A DNA stretch of 64,000 nucleotides from Candidatus Latescibacterota bacterium (GTDB lineage Bacteria > Krumholzibacteriota > Krumholzibacteriia > WVZY01 > JAKEHA01): NCBI GenBank assembly GCA_963707635.1, contig OY970173.1, forward strand, positions 448,001-512,000, read 5' to 3'. A model generated the notes under the pieces. The model searched no databases and was not told the DNA's origin. It worked only from the letters and a program-made list of their open reading frames with translations. This document shows, piece after piece, positions 39,993 to 48,124 of the stretch. Numbering within the stretch: position 1 is the stretch's first letter; each line of letters opens with the position of its first letter. A program made the translations under genes and the position numbers.

Positions 39993-41069
39993 GTGACCGT
40001 CCGAGTGAAGATCTTTCGCCTCGCCCTGGTCAACGCCACCCTGCTGGCGGTCGCCCTCGTCATCCTCGAACTTGTTTTTGGCAGCTGGGTTCGCCCCAAC
40101 CGGATCAACCGGCTCAACCTCGTGCGCGACCGCACCATGCACTACGACGCCAGCGCGCTCTACCCGGCTCCCAACTCCGTGACCTATACCCGCGACGGCT
40201 TCGGCTTTCGTGGCCACTACGACTCTCCCGGCGGGATCGGCATCCTGACCATCGGCGGCAGCGCCACCGACCAGCGCTTCATCACCGACGGCGCCACCTG
40301 GCAGGACGTGATCGCGCGGGAGTTTGCGGAAGAGGGAAAACAGGTGAGCGTGGTGAACGCCGGAGTCGACGGGCAATCGACGTACGGGCACATCAAGGAT
40401 TTCGACTGGTGGTTCCCGAACGTGCCGGGCCTGAAGCCGAAATACGTCCTGTTCTACATCGGCCCCAACGACGCCTTCAAGGACGTGGGCAGCGACTACG
40501 ATGACCTCGTGCGCGACAAGCGGGTCACGTGGAAGACGCGCGTGCGCGAGAGCAGCGCGATCTACCATGTCGTGAGGACGCTCGAGTCCACGTACGAAGC
40601 CCGGCGCGTCTACGGGCTGGCCCACCACTACGAGGATTTTTCCACCTGGGAGTGGACGACGACCCCGCTGGTCCGGGACCACGAGGTGCTCGCCGCCCGG
40701 CGGCTGCAGGATTTCCGCGCCCGTCTGGTGGCGCTCGCGGAGCGGACACGAGCGCTGGGGGCAACGCCGGTATTCGTGACCCAGGCGTTCTGCGTATACC
40801 GCCTCCGCGCGGATGGAACTCCGGAGGGTCGGACGAGGCGTGAGCCCTACGACGGCGCGGAGATCAACGGGGTGGATCTGTATTACATCATGCAGGCATT
40901 TGGCCGTGTCACGATGGAGGTGTGCGTAGAAGCGGGTGGCGTGTGCATCGACGCGGCGAACGAGATGGTCTGGCAGGCAGGCGATTTCTACGACGAGGTC
41001 CACAACACGCCGCAGGGCGCCGAACGGTTGGGGCGCTACCTGCACGAGCGACTGCGCGACCGGTTCTGA
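39993..41069 (+). CDS. Membrane-anchored SGNH/GDSL hydrolase
   Basis: IGGSAT, VNAGVDG, IGPND, YDEVH; N-terminal TM; GTG 39993 chosen (ATG 39984 is an alternative). Confidence 0.78.
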   Translation: MTVRVKIFRLALVNATLLAVALVILELVFGSWVRPNRINRLNLVRDRTMHYDASALYPAPNSVTYTRDGFGFRGHYDSPGGIGILTIGGSATDQRFITDGATWQDVIAREFAEEGKQVSVVNAGVDGQSTYGHIKDFDWWFPNVPGLKPKYVLFYIGPNDAFKDVGSDYDDLVRDKRVTWKTRVRESSAIYHVVRTLESTYEARRVYGLAHHYEDFSTWEWTTTPLVRDHEVLAARRLQDFRARLVALAERTRALGATPVFVTQAFCVYRLRADGTPEGRTRREPYDGAEINGVDLYYIMQAFGRVTMEVCVEAGGVCIDAANEMVWQAGDFYDEVHNTPQGAERLGRYLHERLRDRF

Positions 41070-41146
41070 TTTGTAATCGCCATGAACGGGCGGCCGTCCA
41101 ATGCCACGTCACGATCATGCGCACCCATATCTGGAAGGAGCGGACG

Positions 41147-41758
41147 ATGCGAACAGGAAGGGCAATGGTTCTGGCGGCGGCGCTGGTGGGAATTGGCGGG
41201 GTTGCCATCGCCGGGTACGGCAAGGCCGAGAAGAAGACTGCGATCGCCACGTTCGCGGGTGGTTGTTTCTGGTGCATGGAAGCGCCGTTCGACGACATCA
41301 AAGGGGTGATCTCGACCACCTCGGGCTACACCGGCGGGCAGAAGAAGGATCCGACCTACCACGAAGTCTCCGAGGGAAAGACCGGGCACTGCGAATCGGT
41401 CCAGATCGAGTACGACCCGTCGAAGGTGACCTACGAACGGCTGCTGGAGGTCTACTGGCACAATATCGACCCGACCACGGGCGACCGCCAATTCTGCGAC
41501 TGGGGGAACCAGTACCGCCCCGAGATCTTCTACCACGACACCGATCAGAAACGGCTCGCAGAAAAGTCGAAGAAGAAGATAGAGTCGAAACTGGGCGAGG
41601 TGGCGGTGAAGATCACGCCGGCGGGCACCTTCTATCCCGCCGAAGAATATCATCAGGACTTCTACACCAAGGACCCGGACGAGTATCATCGCTACCGCAG
41701 CGGCTGCGGCCGCGACCGGCGCCTGAAGGAGCTCTGGGGCGACAAGGCCGGCCACTGA
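41147..41758 (+). CDS. msrA: Exported peptide-methionine (S)-S-oxide reductase MsrA
   Basis: AGGCFWC, GYTGG, FCD.G.QYR, FYPAEEYHQDFY, YRSGCGR; signal-like N-terminus; RBS AAGGAG. Confidence 0.93.
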   Translation: MRTGRAMVLAAALVGIGGVAIAGYGKAEKKTAIATFAGGCFWCMEAPFDDIKGVISTTSGYTGGQKKDPTYHEVSEGKTGHCESVQIEYDPSKVTYERLLEVYWHNIDPTTGDRQFCDWGNQYRPEIFYHDTDQKRLAEKSKKKIESKLGEVAVKITPAGTFYPAEEYHQDFYTKDPDEYHRYRSGCGRDRRLKELWGDKAGH

Positions 41759-41775
41759 ACCGGGAGGTTGAAACA

Positions 41776-42249
41776 GTGACGGAAAAATTCTCTCCGCTGC
41801 AGCTGTCGTTCTGGGTTCCGGTTCTGGTTTCGCTCGCGTGCGGAACCATCGTGGGGCTCGAGCGCCAGCTGCGCGGCAAGCCGCTGGACGTGCGTACCGC
41901 CGTTCTGATCTGCCTCGGCGCCCACGTGTTCATCCGACTCGCCGTCGTGATCTCGGGCGAGCATGCGGACACGATGCGCGTCCTGGGCCAGATGGTGACC
42001 GGGATCGGCTTCCTCGGGGCGGGCGTGATCTTGACCCGCGGCGGTCACGTCACCGGTCTCACGACCGCGTCCGTGATCTGGTCGCTGGCCGCGATCGGCG
42101 CCTCGATCGGCTTCGGCAAGTACGGCGCGGCGCTCGCGCTGTCCATCATGGTACTGGTCGTGCTGACGATTCTCGAAGGGATCGAAACCCGGATGGCGTC
42201 GATGCGCCGCGGCGTCCACGCGCGGGACAACATCGAGCCGAAATTGTAG
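41776..42249 (+). CDS. MgtC/SapB-family membrane protein
   Basis: GLERQ..GKP...RT, GIGFLGAGVI, GLTTAS.IW..AAIG; RBS GGAGG. Confidence 0.88.
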   Translation: MTEKFSPLQLSFWVPVLVSLACGTIVGLERQLRGKPLDVRTAVLICLGAHVFIRLAVVISGEHADTMRVLGQMVTGIGFLGAGVILTRGGHVTGLTTASVIWSLAAIGASIGFGKYGAALALSIMVLVVLTILEGIETRMASMRRGVHARDNIEPKL

Positions 42250-42260
42250 ATCGCAAGCTC

Positions 42261-42358
42261 CGCGGGTCCTGGCGCCGACAGACCGAGGCGGCTCGTTTCG
42301 TCCGCGCCTGCGCACTAGACTCACTCGCCGCCCGGGCGCCCGTCGGCGCCACCCGCTC
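42261..42358 (+). repeat. Full copy of ~98-bp dispersed hairpin repeat; overlaps the 3' end of the GT4 gene
   Basis: 91/98 identical to 36502-36599. Confidence 0.88.
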
Positions 42359-43628
42359 CAGTTCTAGACTGTATTGCACGCTCGTCCGTCAGGCGACGGA
42401 TGATGTCCACCTCCATCGTGGTCCGGTCCTCCCAATCGATCAGGTAGCTTCGCGCGAACTCGCGGGCGCGACTTCCCATCGCGGCGCGCGTGGCATCGTC
42501 GTTCAAGAGTTCCACCATGGCGTCCGCGAGCGCGTCGACGTCGCCGTCGGGGACCAGGCGCCCGGTGACACCGTCGCGAACGACGTCGCCGGTTCCGCCC
42601 ACGTCGAAGGCCGCCACGGGCACGCCGCACAGCAGCGCTTCGCACGTGGCGATCGACTTGTTGCTGCGCCGGCTCGTCGCCACGAACAGCGTCGTCGCGC
42701 CGAAGGCGTCCACGACGCGCGCGTGCGCGATCGGCCCCACGAAACGGACGCGATCCGCGATGCCCAGGTCCCGCGCCAGCGCGTCGCACCGGTCCTGCTC
42801 CGGTCCGTTGCCCGCCACCACGCACACGGCGGGACGCCGCAGGCGCGGCAGCGCCCGCGCGGCCGCGCGCACGAACGCATCCGGCCGCTTCCAGTCGGCG
42901 AGGCGGGCGAGATAGAGCACGACGTCGTGCCCCTCGGGCACGCGCGCCGCGTCCCGGAACCACCCGGCATCGGCGGCCTGGTCCTGCCAGGCGAGGTTCA
43001 CCCCGTTGGGGAGAAAATGAATACGGTCTCCGGGGACGCCATGCCGCCGCGCGGCGGCGTCGCCCCGCGTCCCGTCGTCGAGGACGATCCACGCGTCGAC
43101 GGGGAGCTTGAAGGCAAGGATCGCCTCGAGATTCTTGGCGAGATACGTCGCGCGCGGCCAGTCGCTGCGTACGAGGTCCATCACACCGAACAGCTTGACC
43201 ACCGACGGCACCCGGCGAAGGGATGCCGTCACCCACACGACCCACGCAGGGATGTGAGTCTGCGCGAGCACGAGGCAGGGGTGAATCCGCCGCGAAACTG
43301 CCAGGGTGCGCGTGCCGGCGAGGACTGCGAACCACAGCGGCCAGAGCAGCCGGCGAAGCGGGGTTGGCCACGCCGCGGTGGCGTCGTAGAAATTCGGATA
43401 GCTGTGGACGTAGTAGCCGGGGAGCTCGACGTCGGGCGGCGCGCCGCTGCGCGGCGAGAGATAGTGCACGTCGAAGCCGGCGGCGGTGAGCGCGCGAATG
43501 AAGTAGTAGTCGTCGGCCAGGCCGGCGCCGCCTCCCATTTCCCAGCGCTGCTTCCACGGTGTCACGACCAGGATCGAACGACGGTGGTCGCCGCCCGTGC
43601 GATGCGAACCCACGCCGCGGCGGCTCAC
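42321..43628 (-). CDS. Glycosyltransferase family 4 protein
   Basis: PNGV, LARL..WK, AGNGP, EALLCGVPV...DVGG..DVV.DG.TG; start codon uncertain. Confidence 0.85.
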   Translation of the reverse strand: MSRRGVGSHRTGGDHRRSILVVTPWKQRWEMGGGAGLADDYYFIRALTAAGFDVHYLSPRSGAPPDVELPGYYVHSYPNFYDATAAWPTPLRRLLWPLWFAVLAGTRTLAVSRRIHPCLVLAQTHIPAWVVWVTASLRRVPSVVKLFGVMDLVRSDWPRATYLAKNLEAILAFKLPVDAWIVLDDGTRGDAAARRHGVPGDRIHFLPNGVNLAWQDQAADAGWFRDAARVPEGHDVVLYLARLADWKRPDAFVRAAARALPRLRRPAVCVVAGNGPEQDRCDALARDLGIADRVRFVGPIAHARVVDAFGATTLFVATSRRSNKSIATCEALLCGVPVAAFDVGGTGDVVRDGVTGRLVPDGDVDALADAMVELLNDDATRAAMGSRAREFARSYLIDWEDRTTMEVDIIRRLTDERAIQSRTGAGGADGRPGGE

Positions 43629-43638
43629 CGGAGGGAAC

Positions 43639-44559
43639 CTATTCCGCGGGCGCGGCCGCCGCGCGCGCGCGCCGCGCGGCGATCAGACGCTGCTCGTGAA
43701 ACACCCCGGCCACTCCGAGGATCACGAGCGCGGAACCGGAGATCGTCCAGCGGGTGATGGGCTCGTGCAGGATGAACCAGCCCAGGATCACGGCGATGAC
43801 GGGATTCACGTAGGCGTAGGTCATGACGACGTGGGTCGGCAGCAGGCGCAGCGCCTTGACGAACGACGTGAACGCGACCACCGACCCGAAGATCACGAGG
43901 TACGCCCACGCCAGAAGCGCGTGCGGCGTCGGGGTCGGACGAGGTTCGCCGCTCAGCGCGGCGGCGCCCAGGAGTGCCACCGACCCGAAGAGGAGCTGAT
44001 ACCCGGAGCTCACCTCCGCCGCCGTCGACACCGGGTGGCGCTTCTGAATGATGGAGCCGACGCCCCAGCTCATCACTGCCAGCAGGAGAGCTGCCGCCGC
44101 GATGATGTCCGCGTGCGAGCCGTGGAGCATCACGGGCGCGTTCAGCACGGCCACCCCCGAGATTCCAATCAGCAGGGCGCCGACCAGCCGCCACGTGGGC
44201 GGGCGACGGTCGATTGCCGAATCGACCATCGTCGTCCAGATCGGTGCCACCCCGACCAGCAGCGCCGTGTACCCCGACTCGGCCCGCTTCTCCGCCCACG
44301 ACACCAGACCGTTGCCGCCGAGCCACAGAAGAATGCCGGAGGAGATGAAGATCAGAATGTCGCGCCGGGTCGGTTTGAGCGACTTGCGCGTGAGCGCGCC
44401 CCAGGCGAGCAGGATCAAACCGGCGACAAGAACTCGCGTTCCGGCCATGGCGAAGGCAGGGAACCCGGAGCCGTCCCGGACGGCGACGCGGATGGCGAGG
44501 TAGGTGCTTCCCCAGACGATGTAGACGACGAGCAGGTGGACGAAACCGCGAACGTTCAC
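43639..44559 (-). CDS. EamA/DMT-family transporter (YedA-like)
   Basis: VYIVWGSTYLAIR, GGNGLV..AE, YLVIFGS, YAYVNPVIAVILG. Confidence 0.9.
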   Translation of the reverse strand: MNVRGFVHLLVVYIVWGSTYLAIRVAVRDGSGFPAFAMAGTRVLVAGLILLAWGALTRKSLKPTRRDILIFISSGILLWLGGNGLVSWAEKRAESGYTALLVGVAPIWTTMVDSAIDRRPPTWRLVGALLIGISGVAVLNAPVMLHGSHADIIAAAALLLAVMSWGVGSIIQKRHPVSTAAEVSSGYQLLFGSVALLGAAALSGEPRPTPTPHALLAWAYLVIFGSVVAFTSFVKALRLLPTHVVMTYAYVNPVIAVILGWFILHEPITRWTISGSALVILGVAGVFHEQRLIAARRARAAAAPAE

Positions 44560-44717
44560 CGAGACACCCCGCGGAAATCGGCAATATATCACCCTCGCCC
44601 GGGCCCGTGCAAGCGCACGCCCGGGCCATCGGGCCACCACGCCGGGAAACGACACCGCCTTGCTGGGGAAGGCGTCCGCACGTATACTGGCCCCGCGAGG
44701 AACCGACCCCGCGGACC

Positions 44718-45923
44718 ATGCAACTCACCCACGTTCACGGCATCACCTTCACCGACCGGACCCTGGTTCCCATCTGGGAAGAGATCCTCTCCGGCGAGCG
44801 CGTCTCCGTCGACGACGGACTGCAGATGTTCGAGACGCGCGACCTCTCCGCGCTCGGACGGATGGCCGACCACGTCGCGCGCGCGAAGAGCGGCGACCGG
44901 GTTTATTTCGTCATTAATGTTCACATCAACCCGACCAACGTCTGCGTGCTCAACTGCAAGTTCTGCGACTACGTGCACAGCCGCAACGACGTCGGCGCGT
45001 GGGAAATGACGCCGGAGGAGATCCTTTCGCACATCACGCCCGAGATGACGGAGGTGCACATCGTCGGCGGCCACCACCCCGACTGGCCGTTCGAGTATCA
45101 CGAGAACTACATCCGGATGATCCGCGACGCGCACCCCCACATCCAGATCAAGGCGTTCACGGCGGCGGAGATCGACTACTTCGCAAAACGCTGGAAGCTC
45201 TCCGCCGGCGAGATCCTGGACCGTCTGGTGGCGGCGGGGTTGAACTCCATGCCCGGGGGCGGCGCCGAAATCTTCTCGAAACGTGTCGCCAGAGAGCTCC
45301 GCTACACCGGCAAGGCCCAGGCGGATCGCTGGCTGGAGATTCACGCCCTCGCCCATGCCCGTGGGATTCCGTCGAACGCGACCATGCTCTACGGTCACAT
45401 CGAGACGCACGCGGAACGCGTGGAGCACCTGCGCTTGCTGCGCGAGCAGCAGGACGCGAGCGGCGGATTCCTCGCCTTCATCCCGCTCGAGTACCAGGTC
45501 AGCCAGGAGCGGCTGGTCCAGCGCCACGCGTCGGCGCTGGAGGATCTCAAGACCATCGCGGTGTCGCGGCTCATGCTCGACAACTTCCCGCACGTGAAGG
45601 CGTACTGGATCATGCTCCAGGAGGACACGGCGGGGATCGCGCTCAACTTCGGCGCCGACGACGTCGACGGCACCATCTCCCGGGAACGCATCGCGCACGC
45701 GGCCGACGCGCGCAGCCCGGCGGGGTTGACGCGAAAGAAACTGGTGCGGCTGATCCGCGACGCGGGAAAGACTCCGGTCGAGCGCGACGCGCTCTACCAG
45801 CAGATCAAGGTCTACGACGACGCGGACGTGGCGGCGGTCGAGGCGGACACCTACCGGCCCGTGCAGCGCAGCCGCGAGTCCCCCCGCGCCGGCGCACCGC
45901 TGGCGAGATTCGTGAAGCCATGA
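44718..45923 (+). CDS. mqnE: Aminofutalosine synthase MqnE (radical SAM)
   Basis: NPTNVCVLNCKFC, EVHIVGG, PGGGAEIF, NATMLYGHIE, HVKAYWIML, GADDVDGT, PVERDALY. Confidence 0.88.
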   Translation: MQLTHVHGITFTDRTLVPIWEEILSGERVSVDDGLQMFETRDLSALGRMADHVARAKSGDRVYFVINVHINPTNVCVLNCKFCDYVHSRNDVGAWEMTPEEILSHITPEMTEVHIVGGHHPDWPFEYHENYIRMIRDAHPHIQIKAFTAAEIDYFAKRWKLSAGEILDRLVAAGLNSMPGGGAEIFSKRVARELRYTGKAQADRWLEIHALAHARGIPSNATMLYGHIETHAERVEHLRLLREQQDASGGFLAFIPLEYQVSQERLVQRHASALEDLKTIAVSRLMLDNFPHVKAYWIMLQEDTAGIALNFGADDVDGTISRERIAHAADARSPAGLTRKKLVRLIRDAGKTPVERDALYQQIKVYDDADVAAVEADTYRPVQRSRESPRAGAPLARFVKP

Positions 45924-46018
45924 GGGCGGAGAGCACACCCGCCTCCGCTCATGCACTTCGCGCGCGACAGTTGGAAGCGCGCCTCGTGAAATCGCGTCGG
46001 TGGGTGTGCTCTCCGCCC
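45924..46018. repeat. 95-bp element bounded by perfect 17-bp inverted repeats (REPIN-like)
   Basis: GGGCGGAGAGCACACCC (45924-45940) / GGGTGTGCTCTCCGCCC (46002-46018). Confidence 0.75.
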
Positions 46019-46029
46019 GGGAATCAATC

Positions 46030-46749
46030 ATGAAGAAGCTGCTCATCATCGCCGCGGTCCTGCTCCTCGTCGTCATCGTCGGCGTCGGCGTATTCCTCTA
46101 CAATTCGATAGACCCCATCGTGAAGGCTGGGATCGAGAAGTACGGTTCCGAGATTGCGGGCACGAAGGTCAGCGTTGGGTCGGTCGATATTTCGCTCAAG
46201 TCGGGTCGCGGGACGATTCGCAACCTCGAGGTGCACAACCCGAAGGGCTTCTCCTCAGCCGCCGTGTTTCGGCTGGGCGAGATCACGGTCGACCTCGACG
46301 TGGCGTCGCTCAACAAGGACCCGATCGTGGTCGACAAGGTAACCGTCCTCGCGCCGGAGGTGCACGTGGAGGTGGCGGCGAATGGGCAGACCAACCTCGG
46401 CGTGGTGAAGGACCACGTGGACGCTTTTCACGCCGGGTCCGGGAGGAGCCGAAAGCAGGACGCCGGCTATGAGAAGAAATTCCGGATTGCGACGTTCACG
46501 TTCGAAAACGGCCGGCTCGACGCGGACGCGACGGCCGTCGGGGCCGGCGCCTTCGAGGAGGAAATCCCCCCGGTCCGGATGAAGGACGTCGGCGGGGCGC
46601 AGGGCAGCTCCCCGGATGCCATCGGCAAGGAAGTCACGCACGCCCTGCTGGGCGCGGCGATGAACGTCGTCGAGAAGGAGCTCCGCAACCGTGCCGTGGA
46701 AAAGCTCGGGGAGAAAGTGAAAGAAAAGCTCGGGACGATTCTGAAGTGA
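46030..46749 (+). CDS. AsmA-like membrane-anchored hypothetical protein
   Basis: N-terminal TM; IEKYGS...GTKVSV..V.ISL.SG.G.I..L...NP.GF. Confidence 0.65.
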   Translation: MKKLLIIAAVLLLVVIVGVGVFLYNSIDPIVKAGIEKYGSEIAGTKVSVGSVDISLKSGRGTIRNLEVHNPKGFSSAAVFRLGEITVDLDVASLNKDPIVVDKVTVLAPEVHVEVAANGQTNLGVVKDHVDAFHAGSGRSRKQDAGYEKKFRIATFTFENGRLDADATAVGAGAFEEEIPPVRMKDVGGAQGSSPDAIGKEVTHALLGAAMNVVEKELRNRAVEKLGEKVKEKLGTILK

Positions 46750-46802
46750 GGCAGCGGGATGAACGCACGAAACGCTGCAAATAATCGAAGGGTCGGGTCG
46801 CG

Positions 46803-47591
46803 GTGACACATCACAATACGATTCGCATCGGCAGGATTCCGTATCTCAATTGCATTCTTTTCTTCCACCATCTCGAGAACGAGCCGGACCTGCGCCTGGA
46901 GCCGCTGGTGCCGCGCGCGCTCTCGAGCGCGGTCGCGGACGGGGAGGTGGACGCCGGCCCGGTGCCGCTCGTCACCGCCTGGGAGATCGAGGATCGCTTC
47001 GAACCGCTCGGCGATTTCTGCATCTCGACGGTAACCCGCGCGCACAGCATTCTGTTCTTTTCGCGGGTGCCGTTCGAGAGGCTCGACGGCGCCGAAATCG
47101 GAGTCACCAACGAGACGTCCACCTCGGTGCGGCTGCTGAAGGTCCTGCTCACGCACGCGTGGAGGGTTCGCCCGGCGCGGTTCACGCGCGTCGACTGGCC
47201 GAAGAACGACGGGCTGCTCCTGATCGGCGACGAGGCCCTGATTCATCGTCGCGGCGTTAAGGACTACCCGCACGTCGCCGACCTCGGCGAGGTGTGGAAC
47301 AAGTGGACGGGGTTTCCGTTCGTCTTTGCGCGCTGGATGGTGAAGAAGACGCTTCCCGGCGAGGACAAGGCGCGGCTGATTGCGTTGCTCGACCGGTCGA
47401 TCGCGGACGGGTGGGCGCATTTCGAACGGGTAGTGTCGCCGCGCGCGGCGGATCTCCACATGTCGGTGGAGGAGATGCGGGAATACCTGCAGGGGTTTCG
47501 ATTCCGCATGACGGGCGCCGAGCACCAGGCGATCGGGAAGTTTCGGCAGCTCGACGCGGCGGCCCGCGAAGCCGAGAAGGCGCCCGCATGA
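46803..47591 (+). CDS. mqnA: Chorismate dehydratase MqnA
   Basis: IGRIPYLNC, SILFFS, TSTSVRLL, LLIGDEAL, DLGEVW..WTGFPFVFARW. Confidence 0.88.
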   Translation: MTHHNTIRIGRIPYLNCILFFHHLENEPDLRLEPLVPRALSSAVADGEVDAGPVPLVTAWEIEDRFEPLGDFCISTVTRAHSILFFSRVPFERLDGAEIGVTNETSTSVRLLKVLLTHAWRVRPARFTRVDWPKNDGLLLIGDEALIHRRGVKDYPHVADLGEVWNKWTGFPFVFARWMVKKTLPGEDKARLIALLDRSIADGWAHFERVVSPRAADLHMSVEEMREYLQGFRFRMTGAEHQAIGKFRQLDAAAREAEKAPA

Positions 47592-48121
47592 GCCGGCCGC
47601 GGGCATCCGGCAAGGGCGTGTCGAGGACAAAGGCCCGCGCGAAACAACCCGCGCGCGCGGCGAGCCCGGGCAAGAAGGAACGCGCCGGGCGGCGGGCGAG
47701 CGTCACGCCGTTGGTGCGCGTCACCGGGCTCGGGGGCGTGTTCTTCCGAAGCGACGACCCGAAGAAACTGATGGGGTGGTATCGAAAGCACCTCGGCATC
47801 AAAGCGGGCGCGTTCGGTGGGTGGGCGTTCCAGTGGCGCGAGAAGCGCAAGAGCGAGCGCATCGGCTACACGGTGTTCTCTCCGTTCGCGAAGGACTCGC
47901 CATACTTCGATCCGAGCGAAAAGCCCTTCATGTTCAACTTCCGCGTGGCCGACCTGGACGCGCTCATCGCGCAGCTCCGGCGCGAAGGAATCCACGTGCT
48001 CGACGACGTGCAGGATCTGCCGTACGGGAAGTTCGGCTGGATCATCGACCCGGACGGCAACAAGATCGAACTGTGGGAACCGCCGGACGTCGACGACCCG
48101 TTCGGCAAAGGCGAGGCCTGA
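47588..48121 (+). CDS. VOC/glyoxalase-family protein with basic N-terminal extension
   Basis: RVTGLGGVFF, WY..HLG, FMFNFRV.DLD, YGKFGWI.DPDGNKIELWEP. Confidence 0.85.
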   Translation: MSRPRASGKGVSRTKARAKQPARAASPGKKERAGRRASVTPLVRVTGLGGVFFRSDDPKKLMGWYRKHLGIKAGAFGGWAFQWREKRKSERIGYTVFSPFAKDSPYFDPSEKPFMFNFRVADLDALIAQLRREGIHVLDDVQDLPYGKFGWIIDPDGNKIELWEPPDVDDPFGKGEA

Positions 48122-48124
48122 GGC

